This document shows, one piece after another, positions 9,920 to 17,490 of a stretch of 27,563 nt of DNA (positions within the stretch are counted from its first letter, which is position 1; every line of letters begins with the position of its first letter). The notes under the pieces were generated by a model, which did not search any database, was not told where the DNA came from, and worked only from the letters and a program-made list of their open reading frames with translations. The stretch is from a virus. Its lineage: Duplodnaviria > Caudoviricetes. The position numbers and the translations under genes were made by a program. Location of the stretch: the IMG/VR virus record IMGVR_UViG_3300025083_000173, positions 1 through 27,563 of that record; one strand, 5' to 3'.

Positions 9920-10551
9920 TGAGTCATAATCAATTTAAGGTCGGAACTGCTGAGCCTGATTTAGATGGAGACGTTACAGTCAATATCTCTAATCTATCTG
10001 ATGTTACTATTACCTCACCATCAGCAGGAGAAGTCTTAGAGTGGTCAGGTAGTGCCTGGACTAATCAACCGGTTAGCGTTGGGGGCGCTCAGTTAATCCT
10101 GGTAGGTCAGGGTGAGACAGACGATTATAGTAACGCTACAACAGGCACCAGTATTAACTCCGGCAGTACTCTGTATTTGTACGACACGAGTCCGGTTAAT
10201 ACAATTACCGGAAGTTCGATAACAAAGGTGGGTACTACTGACTGGGTTGAGTCAATTACATTACCTGCCGGTAATTATATCCTGATGGCAACGTACGCGG
10301 TCGAGTTTTCGGCGACAGGACACCTCTCCTTCTATTTCAAGAAAGGCAACACTGTCGTTTCTGGCATAGGTGCTATCGGTGAAAATCTATCAGCGATACA
10401 GAACTCTTCAGGGTATATTCAGGCTTATACGCAACTAGGGTCTAGCGCTACAATTAAGCTTCATTGCTATCTAAGGTCTAATGTTGCTACTGTAGCTAAT
10501 CAAGGCAATACTCCGGCAGAGCAGTCGTCTGTAATGATATGGAAGGTGTAG
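9904..10551 (+). CDS. Tail fibre-associated protein
   Basis: Shares the 'LSDVTITSP..G.VLEW.G..W.N' motif with the fibre and has a beta-rich C-terminus. Likely start is ATG 9919 (GGAGG RBS, TAATG overlap). Confidence 0.6.
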   Translation: MGGNLMSHNQFKVGTAEPDLDGDVTVNISNLSDVTITSPSAGEVLEWSGSAWTNQPVSVGGAQLILVGQGETDDYSNATTGTSINSGSTLYLYDTSPVNTITGSSITKVGTTDWVESITLPAGNYILMATYAVEFSATGHLSFYFKKGNTVVSGIGAIGENLSAIQNSSGYIQAYTQLGSSATIKLHCYLRSNVATVANQGNTPAEQSSVMIWKV

Positions 10552-10552
10552 T

Positions 10553-11164
10553 ATGGCACACTTAGTAAGTTCTGTTAACGGTAACGCTCCAAGCAGAGAA
10601 GGAACCATTACCTTAAATGTGAACGATGTAAGTTCAGTAACAACAGGTGCCGATAAAATTCTCGGAGTCGACGCTAACGGGAACTTCTCCGCTATCCAAA
10701 AAGATCCCCTAACTCTGCCAATAGCCTTCTCAGCTGACCTTAAAGCCGCCTCTTGGACTGGCTCTGCTAATTATGCGGTAGGTGATCCCCTAGACTATCG
10801 TGCGGCTCAAGTTATTCAATATAATGACGGGACTGTGACTCCTTCGGCAGGTATTTATGGCAATAACTGGACAGGCACTTGGGGACTCGGAGCAGGTGAA
10901 TACATTGTTCATGCTAGATGGTCGTCCAGGAGTAACGCTTCGGGTAAAATATTATTCCGTCTATATAATAAAACCGATGCTACCTACCATGGCAACTACA
11001 CACGGCTAGGCAAAGGCCGAGCCTCTTGTACAGTACACGCGCATTTAAATCTAACAGCGGCTAAACAATTTCAATTCAGGGTAACTGACTATACAGCACA
11101 AGTTGAATACTACACGTATCATTATTTACCCGCTGTTCATGTTAAATTTTATCGACTAGCTTAG
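10553..11164 (+). CDS. Putative receptor-binding / fibre-associated protein
   Basis: 203 aa. N-terminal 'VSSVNG..' fibre motif and an aromatic-rich, beta-sandwich-like C-terminus. Confidence 0.5.
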   Translation: MAHLVSSVNGNAPSREGTITLNVNDVSSVTTGADKILGVDANGNFSAIQKDPLTLPIAFSADLKAASWTGSANYAVGDPLDYRAAQVIQYNDGTVTPSAGIYGNNWTGTWGLGAGEYIVHARWSSRSNASGKILFRLYNKTDATYHGNYTRLGKGRASCTVHAHLNLTAAKQFQFRVTDYTAQVEYYTYHYLPAVHVKFYRLA

Positions 11165-11173
11165 GAGAAAATT

Positions 11174-11527
11174 ATGTTTGTTATTGTCCCAATCGAAAAC
11201 GGTACTATGCCCGATGGCTCTGTTGTAAAATATGACGCTACTTTGCAAAAGTGGAACCTTGCGACCACAGACTCTAAGCCAGTGGGTGTTCTCGAAGAAA
11301 CAATAGGTGATGATACTGATGGTTGGTTTGGTCGCGTCATCTTCGCTGGAACCTGTTTTGCCAAAGCATCTCGAACCATACCAGATGAAGGTGGATGGCT
11401 AGAAGTTGAGAACGGTAAAGTTTTTGTAGATGCCACATCTGCTGAGGCCAACGGCATTATTGCACCTCTGCCAAGAGGTCAAGCTACACGTGTAACTGAT
11501 GACTTGGTGATGGTACACCTAAGATGA
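11174..11527 (+). CDS. Hypothetical virion protein (small beta-rich)
   Basis: 117 aa, AGGAG RBS, 'KPVGV' and 'GII' motifs. Confidence 0.5.
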   Translation: MFVIVPIENGTMPDGSVVKYDATLQKWNLATTDSKPVGVLEETIGDDTDGWFGRVIFAGTCFAKASRTIPDEGGWLEVENGKVFVDATSAEANGIIAPLPRGQATRVTDDLVMVHLR

Positions 11528-11841
11528 TCAACTTAAACGTTCAAACTAAAGAGTGGCTTCTCTACGGTTCCATAGGTGGGGTGTTTATCCTGATTCTATT
11601 CTCAGTGTATGCCGCTGGTATTAGAGTGGGCTATGATGAAGCGGAGTTAAAAGCATCCGCTAAACTTGTGGATCTCCAAGGCCGTCTCACCCTGGAGCAA
11701 GAGGGCAGACAGCAAGCTGAGATTGATCTAGGGGCTTGTCATTCAACTCGAGCTGGTGACCTAGTTCTGAAGTGTGAAGAGGTCTGTCGAGAGAGAGTTA
11801 CTAAGGCAATCAAGGGAGTAAAAGAGCTATGCAAGCGCTGA
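11524..11841 (+). CDS. Membrane protein, i-spanin-like
   Basis: N-terminal TM helix (WLLYGSIGGVFILILFSVYAAGI), then a helical/coiled-coil region with four Cys. Confidence 0.45.
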   Translation: MINLNVQTKEWLLYGSIGGVFILILFSVYAAGIRVGYDEAELKASAKLVDLQGRLTLEQEGRQQAEIDLGACHSTRAGDLVLKCEEVCRERVTKAIKGVKELCKR

Positions 11842-12269
11842 TGATATTAGGGCTGATTCTCCAACCTATCCAACCACAAATATGGATGGGCGATTCATTG
11901 CCACCAGTGCGCGGTATGATGGAGTATGATGCAGTTAATAGTCCTTACATCGTTGTCGAGGTTCCTGAGTGGCTTCGTCTCAAAGACGCGCTCGAAGGCT
12001 CACCTGACATCTGCAAAAAAGCAGTCGAGGCCACAGCTTCAGCTTGCAAAGAGCAGACAGAAAAACTCATTGAAGCTGAGAAGAGAAGAGACGCGACTAA
12101 GAGCGCGCTCGAAGCTTATCAGCTTCAACTCAAAGATAAGGATCAGCTGATACTCCAACAAAGTGACGCGATAACCCAGCGCGATAAAATATTAAAGATA
12201 GGCGGGATCAGTGCGGGGGCTGTGGTGCTTACCCTCTCTTCTCTGCTTATCGTTAAGGCTGTGAAATGA
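11829..12269 (+). CDS. Membrane-anchored coiled-coil protein (possible lysis accessory)
   Basis: Hydrophobic N-terminus, central coiled coil, C-terminal TM (GGISAGAVVLTLSSLLIV). Confidence 0.45.
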   Translation: MQALMILGLILQPIQPQIWMGDSLPPVRGMMEYDAVNSPYIVVEVPEWLRLKDALEGSPDICKKAVEATASACKEQTEKLIEAEKRRDATKSALEAYQLQLKDKDQLILQQSDAITQRDKILKIGGISAGAVVLTLSSLLIVKAVK

Positions 12270-12505
12270 TGAATATCACCCCTGAGTTTTTAACGTTAGG
12301 AGTTGCTATTATTGGGCTTGTTGTAAAGGCGAGTCAGGACAAGGCGGTTAACGCTGAAGAGATGGGCCGATTAAAGCAGCAGGTGGTATCTCTAGAAACC
12401 CGCGGTAGAGGTTGGGATACTCGCTTCGAGAGCATTGAGGCAAAATGTTCTGAATTGATAGCTTCTTCAGCGAGAATCGAAGCTCTACTCAACCAACGAG
12501 ATTAA
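12266..12505 (+). CDS. Small TM plus coiled-coil protein (holin/lysis-accessory-like)
   Basis: 79 aa, N-terminal TM (FLTLGVAIIGLVV) followed by heptad repeats. Last gene before the convergent operon. Confidence 0.5.
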   Translation: MMNITPEFLTLGVAIIGLVVKASQDKAVNAEEMGRLKQQVVSLETRGRGWDTRFESIEAKCSELIASSARIEALLNQRD

Positions 12506-13625
12506 GTATTGTAGTGGGTGATAGTTGGTTAGCCCCTTGGCGAGACCATTGTTCAACATAAACTCTTGCAGTCTCTAGTAGATCACCTGAATAACAGCTA
12601 GAAATCTTTACGGATTCCCAAAAAAATTGGTCTCCCAACGTTTGCCCGATTTCTCGACCACCAAGACCCGAGAGCACTGGAAACTCTTGATGAAGCTGAG
12701 CAATGATATGCTTGCTCTCCCCCACATTTCTCCACCAATTAGGCTCCAAAGATGAGTTTCGTAATGTGTCGCTCATGAGCCACTCATAGAAGAACTGCTG
12801 TCGTTGCTCCGGTGTGGCTTTATCAGCGTGAAATCCTAATCTCTGCATGCAAGCGTTAGCTTCACTTAGTGGGATTTCATTAAATTCACATGCTGTTCTT
12901 ATTTGAGATACTTTTGAGAACTCGACAAATTGAGAAGGGGTGACCTCTCCTACTCTTTTATATCGTGGGGGTGGTGTTGAGTTCATGTGAGGTCGAGCTG
13001 CTTGTGGTCGCTGAGACTGTGGAGCTCGTTGGGCTTGTGGTCGCTGAGACTGTGGAGCTCGTTGGGCTTGTGGTCGCTGAGTACCTACCTCTTCACCAAT
13101 CGCTTGAGCTGTGATGTGAGTGCGCTCATCATCTGACATAGACATATTATCAGCGATCTCATCAGCGCTGTAGATGCCTGAGCAAGCATCAGGGAATGTA
13201 GCGCGGAGCGCCATAGTCAGACAGCGTACTCGCAACATCTGTAGAGGCATGGTTTGCCAATTTCGATTTCGAGTGAGACCCTGCTGAGTGGCCATTTCCA
13301 TGGTATAAACGAAAGTATGAACGATCTCTTCAGGCTCATCACGTCGCGCCACTTTCATTACACAGATTTCAGTAGTCCATTCAACGACCTGCATAAAACG
13401 AACAAGTCCTGAGCGTCTACAGATACCAGCCATAGCGTCTGCGTTAAGAGCCGGCTTCCCCTTGAGAGAGTAGGCTTGAGTCATCAGCTTACCAAGATCA
13501 CCACCAAAGTGATCACCAAAAGCGGCATGGCATTGAATGAGCTCTTGAGCTTCTTTCTGTGAATTGGTGAGTAATGAGGCAATATCAATGGCCTCTTGAA
13601 TGTTTTTTGGTGTGTAAATACTCAT
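12489..13625 (-). CDS. recT: RecT-like single-strand annealing protein with C-terminal extension
   Basis: Motifs 'GKPALNADAMAGI' and 'W..MP.QML..R....ALR..FPD..SGIYS.DE' are typical of phage RecT/Redbeta-like proteins. TAAGGA RBS. Confidence 0.75.
   Translation of the reverse strand: MSIYTPKNIQEAIDIASLLTNSQKEAQELIQCHAAFGDHFGGDLGKLMTQAYSLKGKPALNADAMAGICRRSGLVRFMQVVEWTTEICVMKVARRDEPEEIVHTFVYTMEMATQQGLTRNRNWQTMPLQMLRVRCLTMALRATFPDACSGIYSADEIADNMSMSDDERTHITAQAIGEEVGTQRPQAQRAPQSQRPQAQRAPQSQRPQAARPHMNSTPPPRYKRVGEVTPSQFVEFSKVSQIRTACEFNEIPLSEANACMQRLGFHADKATPEQRQQFFYEWLMSDTLRNSSLEPNWWRNVGESKHIIAQLHQEFPVLSGLGGREIGQTLGDQFFWESVKISSCYSGDLLETARVYVEQWSRQGANQLSPTTILNLVG
13000..13081 (-). repeat. 33-bp tandem repeat (2.5 copies) encoding QRPQAQRAPQS
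   Basis: The unit gcttgtggtcgctgagactgtggagctcgttgg starts at 13000 and 13033, with a partial copy at 13066. Confidence 0.95.
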
Positions 13626-13637
13626 GTGTATGTATCC

Positions 13638-13754
13638 TTAAATAGATAGTAAGAATAAGCAGATAACGACTAATGAGGCTAATACGAACTCATCATTATC
13701 TGTCAGTTGTTTCAGTCGTTTGTTGATATTGTATCGGATGTTATAAAGGTTCAT
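13638..13754 (-). CDS. 38-aa membrane peptide (not in ORF track)
   Basis: Hand translation: MNLYNIRYNINKRLKQLTDNDEFVLASLVVICLFLLSI*. It fills the gap between two co-directional genes, and its stop abuts the recT RBS. Confidence 0.6.
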   Translation of the reverse strand: MNLYNIRYNINKRLKQLTDNDEFVLASLVVICLFLLSI

Positions 13755-13760
13755 CTTCTC
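13688..13760. repeat. ~73-bp direct repeat, copy 1
   Basis: Matches 14296-14367 with 6 mismatches and 1 indel. Perfect 26-bp core gtttcagtcgtttgttgatattgtat. Confidence 0.95.
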
Positions 13761-14361
13761 TGTTCCTGGAGATGATCAAGCTGATTTGACTCTTCCGGAT
13801 CGGTTTACCTTTGCTAGTTTGATAACCAGCTTCCTCAATAGCCTTGGTGATCTTCGTGTGGCTCATCCCTTGCGCTAACAAGCTCTTGATCAAGGGTAGA
13901 AGGCCCACAAGCTGCGTCTCAAGACGTGGACGCGCTTTACGTCCTAGCAAATTAGGGTTGCTTGTCTTCTGCTCTTTCTTTGCCTTCTTTGGTGCATCGA
14001 CACCTTGAGTCCATCTTGAGATGGTCGCTTGACTTGGCGCGCCACCTGAGCGCGAGGTGATTCCATGTGCTTCACACATAGCGATCATCTCAGCGTTGGT
14101 GTATCCCTTGCGCTTCCATGACCTCACCAACTCTTGATTAGCTTGCTCCTGAGAATCAGCGACCAAGTATTTTTTACCATCTTCTCTTACCTCGACAGCA
14201 AACCCCCTTGGGGCGCGTCCGGTAAAGCGCCCTTCGCTGATCAGGTGCTTCATGACTTCTTTAGCGCGCTGAGAGATGCGCTTCTTCTCGTCTTCACTCA
14301 TCATATCTGTTACTCGTTTCAGTCGTTTGTTGATATTGTATTTGATGTTATAGAGGTTCAT
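13741..14361 (-). CDS. Serine-recombinase-like DNA-binding protein lacking catalytic domain
   Basis: 'ISQRAKEVMKHLISEGRFTGRAPRGF' resembles helix E and the start of the recombinase domain. Two 'G.S/T..I...L...G..T..G' helical units follow. No Y-x-R-x-S catalytic motif. Confidence 0.65.
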   Translation of the reverse strand: MNLYNIKYNINKRLKRVTDMMSEDEKKRISQRAKEVMKHLISEGRFTGRAPRGFAVEVREDGKKYLVADSQEQANQELVRSWKRKGYTNAEMIAMCEAHGITSRSGGAPSQATISRWTQGVDAPKKAKKEQKTSNPNLLGRKARPRLETQLVGLLPLIKSLLAQGMSHTKITKAIEEAGYQTSKGKPIRKSQISLIISRNREDEPL

Positions 14362-14367
14362 CTTCTC
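14296..14367. repeat. ~72-bp direct repeat, copy 2
   Basis: Matches 13688-13760 (see copy 1). Confidence 0.95.
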
Positions 14368-14555
14368 AGTTTTCGAGCAGCTTTAGCAGTGAGTCGAATT
14401 GATGCCTTGGGAGCCTCTAATCTGATCTTTGAAGCCAGCTTAAGAGCTTTGATCTCAGCTTCAGTTATGGCTTTCGGTTTGGGTTTGCCTGTAAGGTCTT
14501 CCGGCTTGATCGGTACCAGGTCGTAACATGTGGGGTATTTGTCTGAGTAGGCCAT
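14358..14555 (-). CDS. Small basic hypothetical protein
   Basis: 65 aa, GGAGGAG RBS, ATGA overlap with the downstream gene. Confidence 0.65.
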   Translation of the reverse strand: MAYSDKYPTCYDLVPIKPEDLTGKPKPKAITEAEIKALKLASKIRLEAPKASIRLTAKAARKLRR

Positions 14556-14557
14556 GT

Positions 14558-15010
14558 TTACTCCTCCTCTCCTTCAAAGTAGTAAATGTGATCCGAGTAA
14601 GTGAACGTATGACACTTCTCATACCTGAGCGCATCTGACATCAACTCATAGAGTCGAGTATAGAGCAGATCAGCTGTGTGATAATCGAGGATCTCTTTGG
14701 CTGTTTTGACCTCGTAGTCACATGAAGAAACGAGCACTGAGCGCACTCGAAACTTAGCATCAGGATAGATCTCTTTATAGTTGACGTGTAGCTTAGAGTT
14801 GAAGTCGTTAGGCTCGAAGCAAATAGGGAGCCCAGCATCTTCTGATAAAGAATTGGCTGCTTCAGCTAGCTTAAGCGCTGTGTCTTTAAAAGCGTCAAGA
14901 TCTCCACTGATTACACGCGATAAGTAACCATAAGAGACACCAGCTTTATCAGATAACTTTCTAGTGGTGATTGTTCTGAGTTGTGATCTTTTTGCAGGGT
15001 GCAAGCTCAT
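14558..15010 (-). CDS. XRE-family HTH transcriptional regulator
   Basis: HTH motif TRKLSDKAGVSYGYLSRVISG. Start reassigned to ATG 15010 (MSLHPAKR), which has AAGGAG directly upstream. Divergent from the replication genes. Confidence 0.7.
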   Translation of the reverse strand: MSLHPAKRSQLRTITTRKLSDKAGVSYGYLSRVISGDLDAFKDTALKLAEAANSLSEDAGLPICFEPNDFNSKLHVNYKEIYPDAKFRVRSVLVSSCDYEVKTAKEILDYHTADLLYTRLYELMSDALRYEKCHTFTYSDHIYYFEGEEE

Positions 15011-15027
15011 TCTCCTTGTATAAGTCT

Positions 15028-15115
15028 GATGTGAAATATACAACATGATATATTCAACATGTGATAATCAACATGTGATATATAATGTTTGACATGAACT
15101 TTAAATCGTGTCAAA
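15028..15115. promoter_or_regulatory. Divergent control region with operator-like repeats
   Basis: TCAACATGTGATA at 15054 and 15068, with partial copies at about 15028 and 15040. Inverted repeat tttgacatga-N8-tcgtgtcaaa (15088-15115) places TTGACA on both strands. Confidence 0.6.
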
Positions 15116-15147
15116 TACTTTATGAAACTTTTTGACAAGGAGGGAAG

Positions 15148-15837
15148 ATGAAACAACATGAAGTCATGGAGTTGGCTATAAAAAGCCCATTTAAAAACGG
15201 TGCTAAGATTGTCCTGATGACTCTCTGTTACAAGCTAGATTGGAATACTTGGTCACGTCCTATGGCAGTCGACTACATGCAAGAGTTTATCTTTCATGGT
15301 AGCGTCTCGCGTAATACCATCACCCGAGCATTTAAGGATCTTGAGAAGGCCGGAGTAATCACCCGAGAGACTATTCCAGGAGGAAGTCTCAAAGTCGTCT
15401 ATCTACATGTGGAAGCATTGCGCTCTCTAGTAGAGTCACAGCCCAATATGGGTCAACCCAAAATGGGTCAACCCAAAATGGGCCAACCCAATATGGGTCA
15501 AAGGTCGGCCCAAAATGGGTCAAGGGTCAACCCAAAATGGGTCAAGGGTCAACCCAAAATGGGTCACAATATAATTAATAATAATCTAGATAATAATCTA
15601 AATAATAATCTAGAGCGCACGCGAGAACCCGAACCACAACATCAGGCAACTACTCAGCGCCAAGTCTTAAAAGTCTATGTGCCAACTATGGAAGAGAGAG
15701 AACAGGCTCTTCAAGCTGTACTAGACAAAGACCAAGCAAGAAGAGACGCGATGTATGCACACCTATCACCCGAGCGACGAGCACTTGAAGAGAGTTTGGC
15801 TCGTTCACAAGCACTGAAAGTAGAGACCTATAAATGA
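15148..15837 (+). CDS. Phage replication initiator (N-terminal winged HTH, lambda O-like organisation)
   Basis: HTH 'VSRNTITRAFKDLEKAGVI', central iteron-encoded repeats, AAGGAGG RBS, coupled to a DnaC-like gene. Confidence 0.8.
   Translation: MKQHEVMELAIKSPFKNGAKIVLMTLCYKLDWNTWSRPMAVDYMQEFIFHGSVSRNTITRAFKDLEKAGVITRETIPGGSLKVVYLHVEALRSLVESQPNMGQPKMGQPKMGQPNMGQRSAQNGSRVNPKWVKGQPKMGHNIINNNLDNNLNNNLERTREPEPQHQATTQRQVLKVYVPTMEEREQALQAVLDKDQARRDAMYAHLSPERRALEESLARSQALKVETYK
15442..15614. repeat. Probable replication origin: 7 iterons plus AT-rich repeats
   Basis: CCCAAWATGGGYCA at 15442, 15457, 15472, 15487, 15509, 15531 and 15553, followed by three TAATAATCTA units at about 15576-15612. Confidence 0.85.
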
Positions 15838-16823
15838 TTGATAACGAAAAACACAATTCAGAGATGACACGCTTCAGAGTCACAGAGGAAGCAATTCAAA
15901 GCCTCAAAGACTATCGAGCAAAGCTCAAACAGCATTCACCAGCTCCTAAGAAGTTTAAGGACTTCAGCCACGTCAACCCATCAAACCTTGAAGCTCTAGA
16001 CTGGATTGATACCGAGGCTATGACACTCAGATGCAAGCCAGTTCCTTATTGTGGTGAGTGTCTGCAGGGTTGGTTTTACGAGCGTATTCAAGGGATGACT
16101 GCTCTTGATGCTGTGATGTGTAAGAGATGCGAGAAGCCAAGACGATGGATGAAACGTCTCAACAATATGAACCTGCCAACGGATGCAATAGGGATGAGCT
16201 TTGATACTTATGAAGCAGACTCTCCACAACAACTAGAGGCCATCCAACGAGCATTGGAGTGGTTGAGAACCCCTGACGTTTCAACAATTCCACACCTTAA
16301 GCGCGCACCAAATATATTTTTGTATGGCCCACCGGGGAACGGGAAAAGCTCGTTACTCTATGCCTATGCACGTGAGGCAGCCACCTGTAGCAAGACAATT
16401 TGGAGAGATGGTAAAAGGAACCCCAAAGCTATAAAGGTCAAGTTCATATCCCATAACCAACTGCTTAACGACATCAAGAAAACATGGAATGATAAACACG
16501 CTCAAGACCCTCTCAAAGACTGGCTTGATGGAGTTGATGTGCTTTTAATTGATGAGTTTGGTGGGGTCGGTGGGTCTGCTAATCAGAGTGCTTGGTGGAG
16601 AGAGAAAACTATTGAGTTATTACAACAGTTCTCTCAGTTATGGACAGCTGGTAAGCTCCAAGTGATCCTGACTACTAATCTTTCACCGCGACAAGTGCTA
16701 GAGTCTTTGGGTCGCAACTCAGCGGCTCATAGTCGTCTCGGCGCTATGTTTCCCGAGCCCATTAAGATGGTAGGTAGAGACCGACGAATCGAAAGAGTAA
16801 ACGCTAGCGCGTGGGGATTTTAA
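15834..16823 (+). CDS. DnaC/IstB-like AAA+ helicase loader
   Basis: CxxC...CxxC zinc motif, Walker A GPPGNGKS, Walker B LLIDE, 'ILTTNL' and 'SRL' motifs. Confidence 0.85.
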   Translation: MIDNEKHNSEMTRFRVTEEAIQSLKDYRAKLKQHSPAPKKFKDFSHVNPSNLEALDWIDTEAMTLRCKPVPYCGECLQGWFYERIQGMTALDAVMCKRCEKPRRWMKRLNNMNLPTDAIGMSFDTYEADSPQQLEAIQRALEWLRTPDVSTIPHLKRAPNIFLYGPPGNGKSSLLYAYAREAATCSKTIWRDGKRNPKAIKVKFISHNQLLNDIKKTWNDKHAQDPLKDWLDGVDVLLIDEFGGVGGSANQSAWWREKTIELLQQFSQLWTAGKLQVILTTNLSPRQVLESLGRNSAAHSRLGAMFPEPIKMVGRDRRIERVNASAWGF

Positions 16824-16827
16824 AACC

Positions 16828-16857
16828 GCCCCCAAAAGCACATGAACATTTGGGGGC
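16828..16857. terminator. GC-rich hairpin after DnaC-like gene (possible terminator)
   Basis: 9-bp stem gcccccaaa/tttgggggc with a 12-nt loop. No U-tract on the + strand and only a short one on the - strand. Confidence 0.35.
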
Positions 16858-16890
16858 AGACTGAAACAGAATCAAGTTAACAATTTATCA

Positions 16891-17036
16891 TTGACTGATC
16901 AACTCTGAGTAAGATATACCCTCTAAGCTTATCACCCATGAACTTAAACCTATCAAAACGATACGATACTTTTAAGGCTCATAAGTTTTTTTTGCGAATA
17001 CTTAATCTCACACCGGGTGATAAGCGCTTTTTAGAG
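16891..17036 (+). promoter_or_regulatory. Putative promoter and structured leader of ssb
   Basis: TTGACT at 16891 with a weak -10 at about 16913-16920. Long-range stem 16921-16937 / 17015-17036. Confidence 0.4.
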
Positions 17037-17045
17037 AGATGAATA

Positions 17046-17444
17046 ATGATCAATCAAGTAACACTTGTCGGCAATCTAGGCGATAATGCAGAGCTACGGA
17101 CTACTCAAAGTGGAACCCCGTATACTTACGCTCGACTCGCGACTAACGAGAATTACAAAGATAGGCAGGGGAATTGGCAAAAATCTACTGAGTGGCACAG
17201 CATCAAGATTTGGGGCAACTCCTCAAATCGAGCGGCTCAGGTACTCGTCAAGGGTAAAAAAGTGTATGTGCAGGGGCAACTAAAGAGCCACCAAAACCAA
17301 GAGGGTAAGCGTTTTTGGGAAGTTCGCGTTGATACCTGGTTCGTACTCGACAAAGAAGATAAAAAGGAAGACCAATTCCTGCCTCCCGAACCGAGCTACT
17401 CTCATAACCCCAGCCCTTTTGGAGAGGGCTTCACTCGTAGATAA
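17046..17444 (+). CDS. ssb: Single-stranded DNA-binding protein
   Basis: Classic OB-fold SSB motifs: MINQVTLVGNLG, TEWH, KGKKVYVQGQL. Confidence 0.95.
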   Translation: MINQVTLVGNLGDNAELRTTQSGTPYTYARLATNENYKDRQGNWQKSTEWHSIKIWGNSSNRAAQVLVKGKKVYVQGQLKSHQNQEGKRFWEVRVDTWFVLDKEDKKEDQFLPPEPSYSHNPSPFGEGFTRR

Positions 17445-17490
17445 AACAATAGAATTAATTTGAACCTCGAAAGAGGATAAGAAAAAAAAC

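Noticed and set aside
7333-11457. Minus-strand ORFs within the tail region (7333-7617, 7574-7843, 9181-9492, 11161-11457)
   Set aside because: They are opposite well-supported structural genes and have no motifs or RBS.
13741-14361. Functional integrase with attL/attR
   Set aside because: No N-terminal catalytic serine motif and no tyrosine-recombinase residues. The flanking repeats are long direct duplications of a gene start, not typical att sites.
14134-14838. Plus-strand ORFs 14134-14526 and 14641-14838
   Set aside because: Antisense shadows of a coherent minus-strand operon with good RBSs and coupled starts.
15442-15570. Short regular repeats as a CRISPR array
   Set aside because: No unique spacers, a period of only 15-22 bp, located inside the initiator gene, and no cas genes. 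Iterons explain them.
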